DNA from: Thermodesulfobacteriota bacterium
GTDB lineage: Bacteria; Desulfobacterota; Desulfomonilia; UBA1062
NCBI GenBank assembly: GCA_034716155.1
Contig: JAYEFR010000079.1
Location: 1,444 to 65,443 of the forward strand
Direction of reading: 5' to 3'
Length of the DNA stretch: 64,000 bases
Each line of letters starts with the position of its first letter. The stretch's first letter is position 1. A program made the translations under genes and the position numbers. The notes under the pieces were generated by a model, which was given only the letters and a program-made list of their open reading frames with translations, had not been told where the DNA came from and did no database searches. This document shows positions 29,601-42,965 of this stretch, piece after piece.

Positions 29601-30137
29601 ATGAGTCAAAAGAGACCCTCATGGGATGAATACTTTATGATGCTGGCAAAGCTTGCAGCCTCCAGGTCAACATGCATTTCCAGACCTACCGGAGCTGTAA
29701 TCGTCAAGGACAGGCAGGTGCTTGCCACAGGATATAATGGGTCTTTACCTTCCCAGCCGCATTGTATAGATGAAGGAAAGTGTTTTCGCAGGTCGCTTGC
29801 CTGGCCGGAGGGGATGAAATATGATATGTGCAGATCTGCGCATGCAGAGGCTAATGCCATTGCGCTGGCTGCAAAAAAAGGGGTAGCTGTAGAGGGGGCC
29901 GCTATATACTGTACCTTAGAGCCATGTATTACCTGTACTAAGTTGATAATAATGTCAGGTATTGTAAGGATCGTATATGAACATGGATATGATTCCCCGA
30001 TACCTAAAAGAGATGCATACTGGAAGGAAGTGTTAAACTCGTCCGGAGCAAGAGTGGAACAGCTTAGGCTCAACGACAGAATCACAGCGTATTCCATAGA
30101 GTTTCTAAGGCCGGACACATCAAAGAGGAGGCTATAA
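29601..30137 (+). CDS. comEB: dCMP deaminase (ComEB-type cytidine/deoxycytidylate deaminase)
   Basis: HAE...PCxxC zinc motif (HAEANAI, PCITCTKLI). Confidence 0.8.
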   Translation: MSQKRPSWDEYFMMLAKLAASRSTCISRPTGAVIVKDRQVLATGYNGSLPSQPHCIDEGKCFRRSLAWPEGMKYDMCRSAHAEANAIALAAKKGVAVEGAAIYCTLEPCITCTKLIIMSGIVRIVYEHGYDSPIPKRDAYWKEVLNSSGARVEQLRLNDRITAYSIEFLRPDTSKRRL

Positions 30138-30138
30138 T

Positions 30139-30723
30139 TTGATCATTGGGGCAGATAAGATCATACGATTGATAAAAGAAGGTGTGGATATAGAAGATCA
30201 TAAAACAGGCCGGCTTGCAAAAAGACCCCTGATTGAATATCTGGGTGAGGACCAGATAGATGGCATAGAAGGCACAACCGTAGATCTCAGGTTAGGTGCC
30301 ATATATCGGCCTTTTGGAAAGGCTTCTCTCATGAGAGAAAAAAGGATTACGCCAAATATAGAAAAGGTCATTGATATAGAATCTTCTCCTGATGGCGTAT
30401 ATCTGGTAAATCCTGGAGAATATGTGCTTTTTCAGACCATAGAACAGGTGAATCTGCCAAACTTTCTCTTTGCGTATATAAGACCACGCACTACCCTTAT
30501 ACGATCAGGCATCCCTCTGGAGACCGCATTTATATCGCCTAATTATCAGGGCAGGCTTACTGTAGGGATGAAACACCAGAGTATGAATGAGGTGAGAATA
30601 CAAATGGGTTTTCGTATCTTGTGCATAGCATTTTTCCCGATAGATGGTAAGGCCGTACCGTATCGGGGGGTTTGGCAAGGAGATAGAGTATCTACTGATG
30701 GAAAGGAGGAGAGACCATTTTGA
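30139..30723 (+). CDS. dCTP deaminase-like protein (dUTPase superfamily)
   Basis: TTG start after AGGAGG. VDLRLG and PRTTLIRSG motifs align to Dcd. Confidence 0.6.
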   Translation: MIIGADKIIRLIKEGVDIEDHKTGRLAKRPLIEYLGEDQIDGIEGTTVDLRLGAIYRPFGKASLMREKRITPNIEKVIDIESSPDGVYLVNPGEYVLFQTIEQVNLPNFLFAYIRPRTTLIRSGIPLETAFISPNYQGRLTVGMKHQSMNEVRIQMGFRILCIAFFPIDGKAVPYRGVWQGDRVSTDGKEERPF

Positions 30724-31448
30724 AATATTTTGATGAAAAACTTAACTCAATAGACAAATGGAAAGATCTAAGGCGTGATCTGTTCAGGAGTGAGGAGCCT
30801 AATGTAAAGCTCGTTGCAGTCACCACTCCTGTTGAGGAACTCTCAGACAAAGGGATAACTATTGAAACGCTTCCTGCCTTTACTGCCAGACAGAGTCATG
30901 AGTCAAAGGGCACATATGAGGACGATTTAAGACTGAACCGCAAACTCATTGAATGGGGTCACGATACCCCTATACAGGCTGTGCAGTTTGTATACCTTGT
31001 TACCGGCATATCAAAATCTCTTGCAGGGCAGTGGACCAGACACAAAATCGGTATAGGATGGACATTCAGATCCACCAGGTATGTAAAGGCATCTTCTAAT
31101 ACCTTTGTATACCCTGCAATGGAATACATAAACTCAGAAGACAAAGTAAAGAAGATATACAAGGCGTATGAAGAAGAACACAGACATGCCATGGATGTAT
31201 ATGAAAGATTGAGCAATAACGGTGTTAAAAACCAGGAGTTGAGACGGCTTATGCCTGTTGGCTGGGCTACTTCAGCATATGTATATACAAACGCGAGATC
31301 CTTGAGACATTTTTTTAAATTGAGATTGGCCAGGGGTGCGGAATGGGAGATAAGAAGACTTGCCTATATCTTATTCAATAAGGTTATGGATCTATGCCCA
31401 TCTCTCTTTGAGGACATCGCAAAGGATTACGAGAAAGTGAATTCTTAA
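30720..31448 (+). CDS. thyX: FAD-dependent thymidylate synthase
   Basis: TTG start overlapping the upstream stop. ThyX RH(R/K)x7-8S-like motif TRHKIGIGWTFRSTRY and C-terminal SLRHFFKLRL. Confidence 0.75.
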   Translation: MKYFDEKLNSIDKWKDLRRDLFRSEEPNVKLVAVTTPVEELSDKGITIETLPAFTARQSHESKGTYEDDLRLNRKLIEWGHDTPIQAVQFVYLVTGISKSLAGQWTRHKIGIGWTFRSTRYVKASSNTFVYPAMEYINSEDKVKKIYKAYEEEHRHAMDVYERLSNNGVKNQELRRLMPVGWATSAYVYTNARSLRHFFKLRLARGAEWEIRRLAYILFNKVMDLCPSLFEDIAKDYEKVNS

Positions 31449-31483
31449 TTCAAACTCATAATTAAGCTTAAGGAGGAGCTATC

Positions 31484-31945
31484 TTGGAAAAGACTCTAGT
31501 ACTTATCAAACCAGATGCCATAGAACGTGGTATGACAGGAAGAATTATCGCGCGATTTGAAGAAAAAGGACTCACGGTTACGGCGCTCAAAATGCTTAAG
31601 GCCACGGATTCTCTTTTGGATGAACATTATGCCCATCTGAAAGACGAACCCTTTTTCCCAAGGATAAAGGATTTCATGACCTCTACCCCTATAATAGCCA
31701 TGTGTGTGGCCGGGCTTGATGCAGTTAGCGTGGTCCGTTCCATCTGCGGCGTGACAAACTCCAGAGAGGCCGCGCCCGGGACTATAAGAGGTGATTGGGG
31801 TATGAGCATACAATCCAATCTGGTCCATGCATCAGACAGCATAGATACCGCCAAGCTCGAGATAAAAAGATTTTTCCTTGAGAGCGAAATATTTACCTAT
31901 ACAAGGATGTTAGATAAGATAGTATATGCACCAGACGAGAGGTGA
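31484..31945 (+). CDS. ndk: Nucleoside diphosphate kinase
   Basis: TTG start after AAGGAGG. TLVLIKPDAIERG. Confidence 0.9.
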   Translation: MEKTLVLIKPDAIERGMTGRIIARFEEKGLTVTALKMLKATDSLLDEHYAHLKDEPFFPRIKDFMTSTPIIAMCVAGLDAVSVVRSICGVTNSREAAPGTIRGDWGMSIQSNLVHASDSIDTAKLEIKRFFLESEIFTYTRMLDKIVYAPDER

Positions 31946-32684
31946 TTTTAAACCAAACCCAGACGAGACATTAGATGGCCTGGCTTGCGGGAATCTTTAT
32001 GTATTGCAGAAGAAAAAAGGATACAGGTTCTCTGTCGATGCATACCTGCTTGCAGCCTTTGTAGATGTGCCGCCAGGGACGAAGGTCCTGGAAATTGGGG
32101 CGGGTTCCGGTGTGATTTCAATCTTACTGGCAGGGATAAAGGGGCTAACTGTAACAGGGGTGGAGGTGCAAAATGAAATGGCCACTATGTCAAGGCGATC
32201 TGTAATGTTAAATGGACTTGAAGATCAGATAAAAATTATTGAAGCAGACATCAATTCCTTTAAAGAAAAAGGATTCGACGCAGTGGTTACAAACCCTCCA
32301 TACAGACCTGTATTTACCGGAAGGATCCCTCCTGATAAAAATAAAGCCATTGCTAAGCATGAGGTACTTCTAGACTTAGATGCCCTCTTAAAACAGTCAT
32401 ATAGTGCCCTTAATCCAACTGGACATTTTTATATTATATATCCTGTATGGAGGATGGGGGACCTCATCTATAGTATGCGGGCTCATAAGATAGAGCCCAA
32501 AAAGATACTAGCAGTCTACTCCAGAAACACAGAATATGCCGAGTTGTGCCTGGTAAAGGGTATAAAGGGTGGGGGGAAAGAACTCTTTTTTGGCCCACCT
32601 TTTTCTATCTATGGAAAGACAAATAAGTATACCAAAAAGATGGAACATGTGTTTAAAAAACTTAGTATATCAGAAAATCATTGA
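31926..32684 (+). CDS. SAM-dependent methyltransferase (tRNA adenine-N6 methyltransferase YfiC-like)
   Basis: VLEIGAGSG SAM motif. TNPPY N6-methyltransferase motif. Confidence 0.7.
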   Translation: MHQTRGDFKPNPDETLDGLACGNLYVLQKKKGYRFSVDAYLLAAFVDVPPGTKVLEIGAGSGVISILLAGIKGLTVTGVEVQNEMATMSRRSVMLNGLEDQIKIIEADINSFKEKGFDAVVTNPPYRPVFTGRIPPDKNKAIAKHEVLLDLDALLKQSYSALNPTGHFYIIYPVWRMGDLIYSMRAHKIEPKKILAVYSRNTEYAELCLVKGIKGGGKELFFGPPFSIYGKTNKYTKKMEHVFKKLSISENH

Positions 32685-32761
32685 CCTTTGGGGCAAATAA
32701 ATGTTGAAATTAGACAAAAGCCTGATATGAAGATCACCAGAAAAAAAAGTAGAGAGGTTTA

Positions 32762-34096
32762 TTGATGAAAGTTGCGATAGAGGATGTCAGTGCCCATACA
32801 AAAAAGATGGAAGTTTTGATCCCCAAAGAGACAGTCAAAGCCACAACAGATGGAATCTATAATGAAATACTCAAGACTGCGAATATAAAGGGGTTCAGAA
32901 AAGGCAAGGCTCCAAGGAATGTGCTCAGGATGTATTATAATGACTATATAAGAGAGGAACTTTCAAAAAAGCTTATTACTGAAAACCTTGAACAGGCGAT
33001 CAAAGAAAACGATTTATTTGTAGTATCAATGCCTGAAATCGAGAATGACCCGCCTAAGGAGGATGAAGAATTCAAATTTTTTGCCAAGTTTGATGTGAAA
33101 CCAGAGATAACTCTAAAGAAATATACAGGGTTCGAACTCAAAAAACTGAAGGCGGATGTGGGAGAGGATGTGCTGGAGGATGCCCTCAAGAGATTCCAGG
33201 ACGTGTATGCTACTAGTGAAGAGGCTAAAGATCCACAATACGAAACATTACCTGGAGATTACGTTGTAGTGGATATAACAAGCAAGGACCATCCTGATAT
33301 AAACCGCGAAAATATCACAATTGAAGCGGGTAAAAGAAGCGCTATTCCGGAAACCGACGGCGCTGTCATCGGGATGAAAGTCGGTGAAGAAAAAGAGATG
33401 GAGGTGAAGTTTCCTGAAGATCACTTTATGGAAGAAATGCGAGGAAATACCGCAACTATAAAGCTAGCTGCCAAATCAATAAAACATAGAGAGGTCCCAA
33501 AACTCGACGATGAATTTGCAAAGAAGGTGAGAACGGACGTTGAAACCATGGAAGATTTTCGGAAGGTAATAAAAGACGAGCTTATCGCAAAAGCTCAAGA
33601 TAATGCAAAGGCCAGGTTGAGAAAGGATGTTATCGATAAATTACTAGAGGCAAACCCTATTGATGTGCCTGAGTCTATGGTGAATATGCAGGCGGGAATG
33701 ATGATAAGAGACGCATCCAAACGTCTCTTGGCTCAAGGCATAAAGATGGAAGATGTGTATCCTGATGCGTCAAGCCTTAAAGATGACTACTTGCAGGCGG
33801 CAGATAAGACAGTAAAACAGTCTATATTGATAGAAGCTATCGCAAAAGAAAGGGATATCGAGGCCAGTCAAGATGATCTTGACAAAGAAATAGAGGCAAT
33901 GGCCAAAAGGTATAACCTGACTTTAGAGCAGATGAAAAAAGGGTTAGATCAGAGGGGAATGACAGAGAATATAAAATTTGATATCGTAGAAAAAAAGGTA
34001 CTTGATTATATCATAGAAAACTCTAATGTAACCCTGGTAGAGAAACTGGAGGAAAACGAGGATGACGCTAGTACCGATAGTAGTGGAACAGACTGA
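32762..34096 (+). CDS. tig: Trigger factor
   Basis: Tig N-terminal domain and 444-aa length. Directly upstream of clpP. Confidence 0.9.
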   Translation: MMKVAIEDVSAHTKKMEVLIPKETVKATTDGIYNEILKTANIKGFRKGKAPRNVLRMYYNDYIREELSKKLITENLEQAIKENDLFVVSMPEIENDPPKEDEEFKFFAKFDVKPEITLKKYTGFELKKLKADVGEDVLEDALKRFQDVYATSEEAKDPQYETLPGDYVVVDITSKDHPDINRENITIEAGKRSAIPETDGAVIGMKVGEEKEMEVKFPEDHFMEEMRGNTATIKLAAKSIKHREVPKLDDEFAKKVRTDVETMEDFRKVIKDELIAKAQDNAKARLRKDVIDKLLEANPIDVPESMVNMQAGMMIRDASKRLLAQGIKMEDVYPDASSLKDDYLQAADKTVKQSILIEAIAKERDIEASQDDLDKEIEAMAKRYNLTLEQMKKGLDQRGMTENIKFDIVEKKVLDYIIENSNVTLVEKLEENEDDASTDSSGTD

Positions 34097-34688
34097 GAGG
34101 GGTGAAAGATCCTACGACATATATTCCAGGCTGTTAAAGGACAGGATTATAATGTTAGGCGGTGAAATAAATGATGAGATTGCAAATCTTATAGTAGCGC
34201 AACTGCTCTTTCTTGAATCTGAAGACCCTGATAAAGATATATTCTTTTACATAAATTCTATGGGGGGAGCGGTATCATCAGGTATGGCGATATATGACAC
34301 TATTCAATATGTGAAACCAAAGGTAAGCACTATCTGTATAGGGCAGGCTGCATCCATGGCAGCTATACTCCTTGCATCAGGCCGACATGGTATGCGTTAT
34401 GCGCTACCTCATTCCAGAATATTGATTCACCAGCCCCTGGGAGGGGTACAGGGGCAGGCCACGGATGTTGATATCCAGGCCAAAGAAATATTAAGGTTGA
34501 AAAGTGAACTTGCAGAGATATTATCTATGCATACAACTCAACCGATAGAAACAATCAGGCAGGATACAGAAAGGGATTTTTATATGAGTGCACAAAATGC
34601 TGTCTCTTATGGTATAATAGACTGCGTGATAACACAAAGACCTATCGGGGAAACAAAAGAAAAGGAGGACGGTAGTGTCAAAGCTTAA
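34062..34688 (+). CDS. clpP: ATP-dependent Clp protease proteolytic subunit
   Basis: [23 protein letters not shown]. Catalytic Ser in GQAASMA. Confidence 0.9.
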   Translation: MTLVPIVVEQTERGERSYDIYSRLLKDRIIMLGGEINDEIANLIVAQLLFLESEDPDKDIFFYINSMGGAVSSGMAIYDTIQYVKPKVSTICIGQAASMAAILLASGRHGMRYALPHSRILIHQPLGGVQGQATDVDIQAKEILRLKSELAEILSMHTTQPIETIRQDTERDFYMSAQNAVSYGIIDCVITQRPIGETKEKEDGSVKA

Positions 34689-35934
34689 TGGCTCTAACGG
34701 ACAAGGACTGCGTTGTTCATTCTGTGGAAAATCTCAAAATGAGGTGCGAAAGCTCATTGCCGGACCTGATGTGTATATATGTGATGAATGTGTAACGCTT
34801 TGTAATGAAATTATTGCTGAAGAAGATAGCCATTATAGATATTTTAAATCCACTGCCCATGTCCCAAAGCCCTCTGAAATAAAGGCTATCTTGGACGAGT
34901 ACGTTATAGGCCAGGAACGTGCTAAAAAAATATTATCAGTAGCAGTGCATAACCACTATAAAAGGATAGAGTCAAATGCCAACCCAAAGGGTGTAGAATT
35001 GAGTAAGAGCAACATCCTTCTCATAGGACCCACAGGTTCAGGCAAGACACTTCTGGCACAGACACTGGCCAGAATACTGGATGTTCCCTTTACCATAGCA
35101 GATGCTACTACATTAACAGAGGCCGGCTATGTAGGAGAGGACGTAGAAAACATTATAGCCAATCTATTACAAAATGCAGATTACGATGTAGAAAAAACCC
35201 AACGGGGTATTGTGTATGTAGATGAGATGGATAAGCTTGCCTCTCGTGGTGATAATCCGTCTATTACAAGAGATGTCTCTGGCGAGGGCGTACAGCAGGC
35301 ATTGCTGAAACTAATAGAAGGCACTATTGCAGCCATTCCTCCTAAAGGTGGAAGAAAACATCCCCAACAAGAGTTCATTCAGGTGGACACTACAAATATC
35401 CTGTTTATATCTGGTGGGGCATTTGTGGGTCTGGATAAAATTATAGCTCAAAGGCTAAACAAGAAGACCATAGGATTCGTCGCAGACATACAGAGCAAAA
35501 AAGAAAAAAACATAGGTGAAATTTTAAAACATGTGGAACCTGAAGACCTCATTAAATTCGGGATGATCCCTGAACTTGTTGGGAGAATACCTGTTGTGTC
35601 CACGCTTACGGAATTAGATGAAGCGACCTTGATTACTATACTTAAAGAGCCCAAAAATGCACTGGTAAAGCAGTACCAAACACTCTTGGAACTTGAAGGG
35701 GTTAGCCTCAAATTTAGCCCTGAGGCCTTAACGGCCATAGCTAAATTGGCCATGAAACACGGATCAGGCGCAAGAGGGCTTCGTTCTATCATGGAGAATG
35801 TAATGCTGGATATCATGTATGATATCCCCGACATGGACGGTGTAGAAGAATGCCTTATAGGGCAAGAGGTTGTATTAAATAAACAAGCACCGGTTATCGT
35901 GTATGAGAGAAAAAGGGTCGAGCATAAGCTCTAG
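34675..35934 (+). CDS. clpX: ATP-dependent Clp protease ATP-binding subunit
   Basis: C4 zinc finger CSFCGK...CDEC. Walker A GPTGSGKT. Confidence 0.9.
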   Translation: MSKLNGSNGQGLRCSFCGKSQNEVRKLIAGPDVYICDECVTLCNEIIAEEDSHYRYFKSTAHVPKPSEIKAILDEYVIGQERAKKILSVAVHNHYKRIESNANPKGVELSKSNILLIGPTGSGKTLLAQTLARILDVPFTIADATTLTEAGYVGEDVENIIANLLQNADYDVEKTQRGIVYVDEMDKLASRGDNPSITRDVSGEGVQQALLKLIEGTIAAIPPKGGRKHPQQEFIQVDTTNILFISGGAFVGLDKIIAQRLNKKTIGFVADIQSKKEKNIGEILKHVEPEDLIKFGMIPELVGRIPVVSTLTELDEATLITILKEPKNALVKQYQTLLELEGVSLKFSPEALTAIAKLAMKHGSGARGLRSIMENVMLDIMYDIPDMDGVEECLIGQEVVLNKQAPVIVYERKRVEHKL

Positions 35935-35936
35935 CC

Positions 35937-38255
35937 ATGACAGATCGGCATTCGCTAGACATTTATCCGTTACTCTATCTTAATGATATAGTGGTTCTAC
36001 CACATATGATCCTCCCGCTGTTTATAGAAAGAGAGACATCCATAGCAGCAGTAGATGCTGCATATAAGAGTGGGAATGATATTGTAGTATGTTGCCAAAC
36101 AGATCCTAAAGTAGAAGACCCGAGTATGGACGATATATCCCATGTAGGGGTGCTTGCCGGTATACTCCACTTGATACGTCTTCCAAATGAAAGCCTGAAG
36201 ATATTTATAGAGGGTAAGAGCCGCCGGCATATAAAGAGGGTTTTGCCAAATTCCGATTATGTCCTGGTAGAAGCAGAGGATATGCCTGACAGGATAGAAG
36301 ACGAAAACGAGGCCGAGGCCATTAGACGTCTGGTAGTGAAAAGCTTTAAGGATTATAATAAAGTCTTTGAGAGCCGTATAGACAAAGAAATTATGGATAA
36401 GATTATCTCAGAAGAGAATCCATCTGCCCTTTCAGATATGATTGCTTCTTACATAGGGATGAAAAGCGCCATCCAAAAGGAATTGCTTGAAGAGACCGCT
36501 GTAGAAGACAGATTGCAAAAGATATATACCTTCATATTAAATGAGATAGAGATATATAAGATAGAGGAACGGCTACGGACTCATGCCAAAGAACAGATCG
36601 GCTCAACACAAAGATATCACCTTAATGAACAGGCCAGAATGATTCAAGGAGAGTTGTCAAATAATGAAGGGGCCTTAGGCGAGTGTGCAAAGTTAGAACA
36701 GCAACTTAAAAAAAAGAATATGCCTCAAGCAGCCAGGGAAAAGGCCCTGGCTGAATTGAAAAGACTAGAAATGATGCCCCCCATGAGCGCCGAGGCAACC
36801 GTGGTGCGCAATTACGTAGACTGGTTCATGGAGCTACCCTGGAATGTGATGTCTCCCCAAAAAACCGATATTAAAGAAGCCGAACAAATCTTAAACGAAG
36901 ATCATTATGGTCTTGATAAAGTCAAAGAAAGAATCTTGGAGTATTTAGCAGTTCACCATTTGGTCGGTAAGGTAAAAGGCCCTATCCTGTGTTTTGTCGG
37001 GCCCCCCGGGGTAGGGAAGACATCCCTAGGGCGCTCTATAGCAAGGGCTACAGGGAGGAAATTCGTCAGGGTTTCTTTAGGTGGCGTAAGGGATGAGGCA
37101 GAGATTAAAGGGCATAGACGTACTTATATAGGGGCATTGCCTGGTAAGATTATCCAGGGTATTAAACGTGCGGGGACATCCAACCCGGTATTCTTATTGG
37201 ATGAAGTTGACAAAATGAGCGTTGATTTTCGAGGAGATCCATCTGCTGCATTACTCGAGGTTTTAGATCCGGAACAAAATTATTCCTTCAGCGACCATTA
37301 TATCGATATTGACTATGATATCTCCAAGGTGATGTTCATCACCATAGCCAACAATCTATATGCAATCCCTGCCCCTTTAATGGATAGGATGGAAATAATA
37401 AGGATTGAAGGCTATACAGCTTATGATAAGCTTCAAATTGCAAAAAATTTCCTTATCCCAAAGCAGATAAAAGCGCATGGCCTGTCAGGCAAGAATGTGA
37501 CCTTTACCAATAAAGCGACCAATACTATAATTCGGGAATATACTAGAGAGGCCGGGGTCAGAAATATTGAAAAAGAAATTTCTTCCATATGCAGAAAGAT
37601 TGCCAAGAATATAGTTCAGGGATCTAATGGGGGCAAGTTAAAAATCACAGAATCAAAGGTACATCAACTTTTGGGTGTGCCCAGATATAGGAAACCCTTG
37701 CGGGGAAAAAAGGATTTTGTAGGTGTATCCAATGGTCTTGCATGGACTGAAGCAGGAGGGGAATTGCTTATTGTGGAAGCCACAGTCCTGCCAGGTAAAG
37801 GCAATCTGCTGCTGACAGGAAAGCTAGGCGATGTAATGCAGGAATCTGCTCAGGCTGCGATGAGTTATGTTCGCTCAAAAGCTGATCAATTTGGGCTTGC
37901 TCTTGACTTTTATAATAAAACAGATATCCACATACACATACCGGAAGGTGCCATTCCAAAGGATGGCCCTTCCGCAGGTATTACTATGGCGACATCGATT
38001 GTTTCCGCCCTTACTAAAAGATCTGTAAAGGCCGGCGTTGCCATGACAGGCGAACTTACCTTAAGTGGGAGGGTGCTGCCTATAGGCGGACTCAAAGAAA
38101 AGTTGCTTGCAGCCAGAGAAGCTGGAATGGAAGTAATAATAATTCCTCAAGAGAATGAAAAGGATTTGAAAGAGGTTGCAAAAAAGATTGTAAAGGATTT
38201 GGATGTCCGTATGGTAGGACATATGGATGAGGTAATTAAATATGCCCTTAATTGA
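35937..38255 (+). CDS. lon: Lon protease
   Basis: GPPGVGKTS Walker A. DGPSAG catalytic Ser motif and K in the C-terminal protease domain. Confidence 0.9.
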   Translation: MTDRHSLDIYPLLYLNDIVVLPHMILPLFIERETSIAAVDAAYKSGNDIVVCCQTDPKVEDPSMDDISHVGVLAGILHLIRLPNESLKIFIEGKSRRHIKRVLPNSDYVLVEAEDMPDRIEDENEAEAIRRLVVKSFKDYNKVFESRIDKEIMDKIISEENPSALSDMIASYIGMKSAIQKELLEETAVEDRLQKIYTFILNEIEIYKIEERLRTHAKEQIGSTQRYHLNEQARMIQGELSNNEGALGECAKLEQQLKKKNMPQAAREKALAELKRLEMMPPMSAEATVVRNYVDWFMELPWNVMSPQKTDIKEAEQILNEDHYGLDKVKERILEYLAVHHLVGKVKGPILCFVGPPGVGKTSLGRSIARATGRKFVRVSLGGVRDEAEIKGHRRTYIGALPGKIIQGIKRAGTSNPVFLLDEVDKMSVDFRGDPSAALLEVLDPEQNYSFSDHYIDIDYDISKVMFITIANNLYAIPAPLMDRMEIIRIEGYTAYDKLQIAKNFLIPKQIKAHGLSGKNVTFTNKATNTIIREYTREAGVRNIEKEISSICRKIAKNIVQGSNGGKLKITESKVHQLLGVPRYRKPLRGKKDFVGVSNGLAWTEAGGELLIVEATVLPGKGNLLLTGKLGDVMQESAQAAMSYVRSKADQFGLALDFYNKTDIHIHIPEGAIPKDGPSAGITMATSIVSALTKRSVKAGVAMTGELTLSGRVLPIGGLKEKLLAAREAGMEVIIIPQENEKDLKEVAKKIVKDLDVRMVGHMDEVIKYALN

Positions 38256-38337
38256 GGTGTTGACAGTAAAAATAAATACTGTTAGGTACTAAATGCCTTT
38301 ATAATAGGGTATAAAATAAAATCTAAGGAGGCACGGT

Positions 38338-38613
38338 TTGACAAAGACGGAATTAATTGGAACAGTAACAAACAAGGCTGGATTACCAAAGGCTGCAGCA
38401 GAGAAAGCAGTAAAGGCCACCATTGATGCTATTACAAAAGCACTTAAAAAAGGCGACAAGGTTACATTGGTCGGCTTCGGAACATTCGAGGTGACCAAAA
38501 GGGCTGCGAGAAATGGTGTGAATCCCAGGACAAGAAAGCCGATTAAGATTAGGGCTTCCAAGGGTATTCGGTTTAGGGCAGGAAAGGCCTTAAAAGACAC
38601 AGTAAACAAGTAA
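38338..38613 (+). CDS. hup: HU family DNA-binding protein
   Basis: TTG start after AAGGAGG. MTKTELI...RNPRT. Confidence 0.85.
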   Translation: MTKTELIGTVTNKAGLPKAAAEKAVKATIDAITKALKKGDKVTLVGFGTFEVTKRAARNGVNPRTRKPIKIRASKGIRFRAGKALKDTVNK

Positions 38614-38636
38614 GTCCGCTAAATGCGGTCAAAGCT

Positions 38637-38711
38637 GGGCGGGTAGCTCAGCGGGAGAGCATCGGCCTTACAAGCCGAGGGTCACAGGTTCAAATCCTGT
38701 TCCGCCTACCA
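38637..38711 (+). tRNA. tRNA-Val (anticodon UAC)
   Basis: Cloverleaf by eye: acceptor GGGCGGG, anticodon loop CTTACAA, T-loop GGTTCAAATCC, encoded CCA. Confidence 0.8.
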
Positions 38712-38727
38712 AAGGCTATTTTAGTAA

Positions 38728-38805
38728 GGGGGCGTAGTTAAGTTTGGTTATAACGCCGGCCTGTCACGCCGGAGGTCGAGGGTTCAAGTCCCTTCGCTCC
38801 CGCCA
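38728..38805 (+). tRNA. tRNA-Asp (anticodon GUC)
   Basis: Anticodon stem-loop CCGGC-CTGTCAC-GCCGG. T-loop GGTTCAAGTCC. 3' CCA. Confidence 0.8.
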
Positions 38806-38857
38806 TGCATTAAAGCTCATATCTACTCCATTGAATTGGGGTGGATATGGGTTTTTT

Positions 38858-38935
38858 ATATGAAAATAGGGGTCAGGGATCAGGGGGCCCAATAACATCC
38901 CCCCGGCCCCCTTCAAAGGGGGAATCTATCCGTGT
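38858..38935 (+). repeat. Short member of the ATGAAAATAG repeat family (copy D)
   Basis: TATGAAAATAGGGGTCAGGGATCAGGGGG...CCCCCCGGCCCCCTTCAAAGGGGGAATC. The second half is identical to the reverse complement of 27520-27550. Confidence 0.6.
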
Positions 38936-39126
38936 AGATTAAGGGATGGAGGGGTTCTTGAGATATACCTTCTATCGCGATTTGCTAATACATCCTTTGG
39001 CGGAGCTTAAAGGGGAACCGCTCCCTTATGTTTGAGCCCAAAGGGCGAGTTAGGGAGCGCCCGTAAGCAAGCCAAAAGGATGTATCAAAGAGCGATAAAA
39101 AGCAAGCGATAGAACCCTCATCCCGA

Positions 39127-39250
39127 AAATATTTTCATCTTTCGTTGTGAGCGGTAGGCCATGACCGTTTATATGAAAAAAGATATTTATATAGTTTTGT
39201 TGGTTTCATTGGTTTAAATGAAGTGAATAGACTTGTTCCTAGATAATGCC
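39127..39250 (+). repeat. Degenerate repeat-family fragments (module 3-like GTTGTGAGCGGTAGGCCATGACCGTTTATATGAAAAAAG plus AGTGAATAGACTTGT)
   Basis: Similar to 21885-21930 and 57645-57668. Confidence 0.45.
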
Positions 39251-39264
39251 CGGGGTACACTTAT

Positions 39265-40284
39265 ATGGAAAGGAAAAACTGCATAGCATTATATTCGGGT
39301 GGCTTAGATAGTATCCTGGCTATAAAGATTATGCAAACCCAAGGGGTTTATGTAGATGCGCTCTATTTTGCCACTCCTTTTTTTGGATTTAACGCCTTAA
39401 AAAATCCTGAAGCGTTTAAGACAGCGCATCTTCACAAATATGGAATATGTCCTCATGTCATAGATTATACAGATGAGCTTATCAATATACTTATAAACCC
39501 AGCCCATGGATTCGGGAAGCATATGAATCCTTGCATAGACTGCAGGATCGGTATGCTCAAGGCTGCAAAAAAACTCTTAGCGGTATTTAATGCATCCTTT
39601 ATAGTTACAGGGGAGGTATTGGGACAGCGCCCCATGTCTCAAAGAAGAGACACTTTGGATGTAATTGTAAAGGCATCCGGGCTTGCAGATATACTGCTTA
39701 GACCTCTCTGTGCTAAACGTATGCAACCTACAAAGCCAGAACGTTTAGGTATAGTAGATAGAGAGAAGTTATTAGGTATCACAGGAAGAGGCAGAAAATC
39801 TCAAATATACCTGGCTGAGATGTTTGGTATAAAGTCACCCCATATCCCTGCATCTGGTGGTGGATGTATGTTGGCCAACAAGGAAATCGCTATAAAGGTG
39901 AAGGAAACTATAGACAACTTTTCGCCACAACCTCCTACCAGATATGATATTATGCTGGATATAGTGGGCAGAAAATTTATCTTAGACAGATCTACAGTGC
40001 TCGTAGTCGCAAGAAATGAACAGGAGAATGATGTGCTAGCTGGTATGAAATACCCGGGAAATATGTTTATAAAGATAGCAGGCGTACCTGGTCCCTTAAG
40101 TGTGCTGCGGGGAAAGGCAAACCAGACAAATCTGGAGATCGCATCAGGTATATGCCTCAGATATACCAAGGCAAAAGGGATAAAGGGCTTAAATGCCCTG
40201 TACGGGACAGATCCTCACCAGATAAGACAGACTACTAATATAAAACTGATTTCAGATGAAGATTGCAAAAGCTTAATGTATTGA
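39265..40284 (+). CDS. PP-loop ATPase, ThiI/TtuA-like tRNA sulfurtransferase family (no THUMP domain)
   Basis: SGGLDS PP-loop. ThiI-like VTGEVLGQRPMSQRRD. CIDC motif. Confidence 0.5.
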   Translation: MERKNCIALYSGGLDSILAIKIMQTQGVYVDALYFATPFFGFNALKNPEAFKTAHLHKYGICPHVIDYTDELINILINPAHGFGKHMNPCIDCRIGMLKAAKKLLAVFNASFIVTGEVLGQRPMSQRRDTLDVIVKASGLADILLRPLCAKRMQPTKPERLGIVDREKLLGITGRGRKSQIYLAEMFGIKSPHIPASGGGCMLANKEIAIKVKETIDNFSPQPPTRYDIMLDIVGRKFILDRSTVLVVARNEQENDVLAGMKYPGNMFIKIAGVPGPLSVLRGKANQTNLEIASGICLRYTKAKGIKGLNALYGTDPHQIRQTTNIKLISDEDCKSLMY

Positions 40285-40517
40285 CTTTGATATGGCAGAT
40301 TAGATATAGCCCATATATTATGGCATATTTCTTATGTGTTATAGGCATGGTTTTGATAATAGAGGGGATTCCATATATTGTCTCTCCTCAAGGAATGAGG
40401 ACACTGGTCAAACAGATAGATAGCATTTCCAATAAAACCCTTCAGATAATTGGGTTAATAGCCGCTCTTGTTGGGATTGGGATTGTATATATAAGCACTT
40501 TTATCGGCACGATGTAG
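40263..40517 (+). CDS. Small membrane protein (DUF2065-like)
   Basis: 84 aa with two predicted TM helices. Overlaps the upstream gene end. Confidence 0.4.
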   Translation: MQKLNVLTLIWQIRYSPYIMAYFLCVIGMVLIIEGIPYIVSPQGMRTLVKQIDSISNKTLQIIGLIAALVGIGIVYISTFIGTM

Positions 40518-40523
40518 GCCCAA

Positions 40524-42931
<2,408 letters not shown>

Positions 42932-42965
42932 CTAGATCTTCAATCTGCTACTAGAGGAGGTAGGT

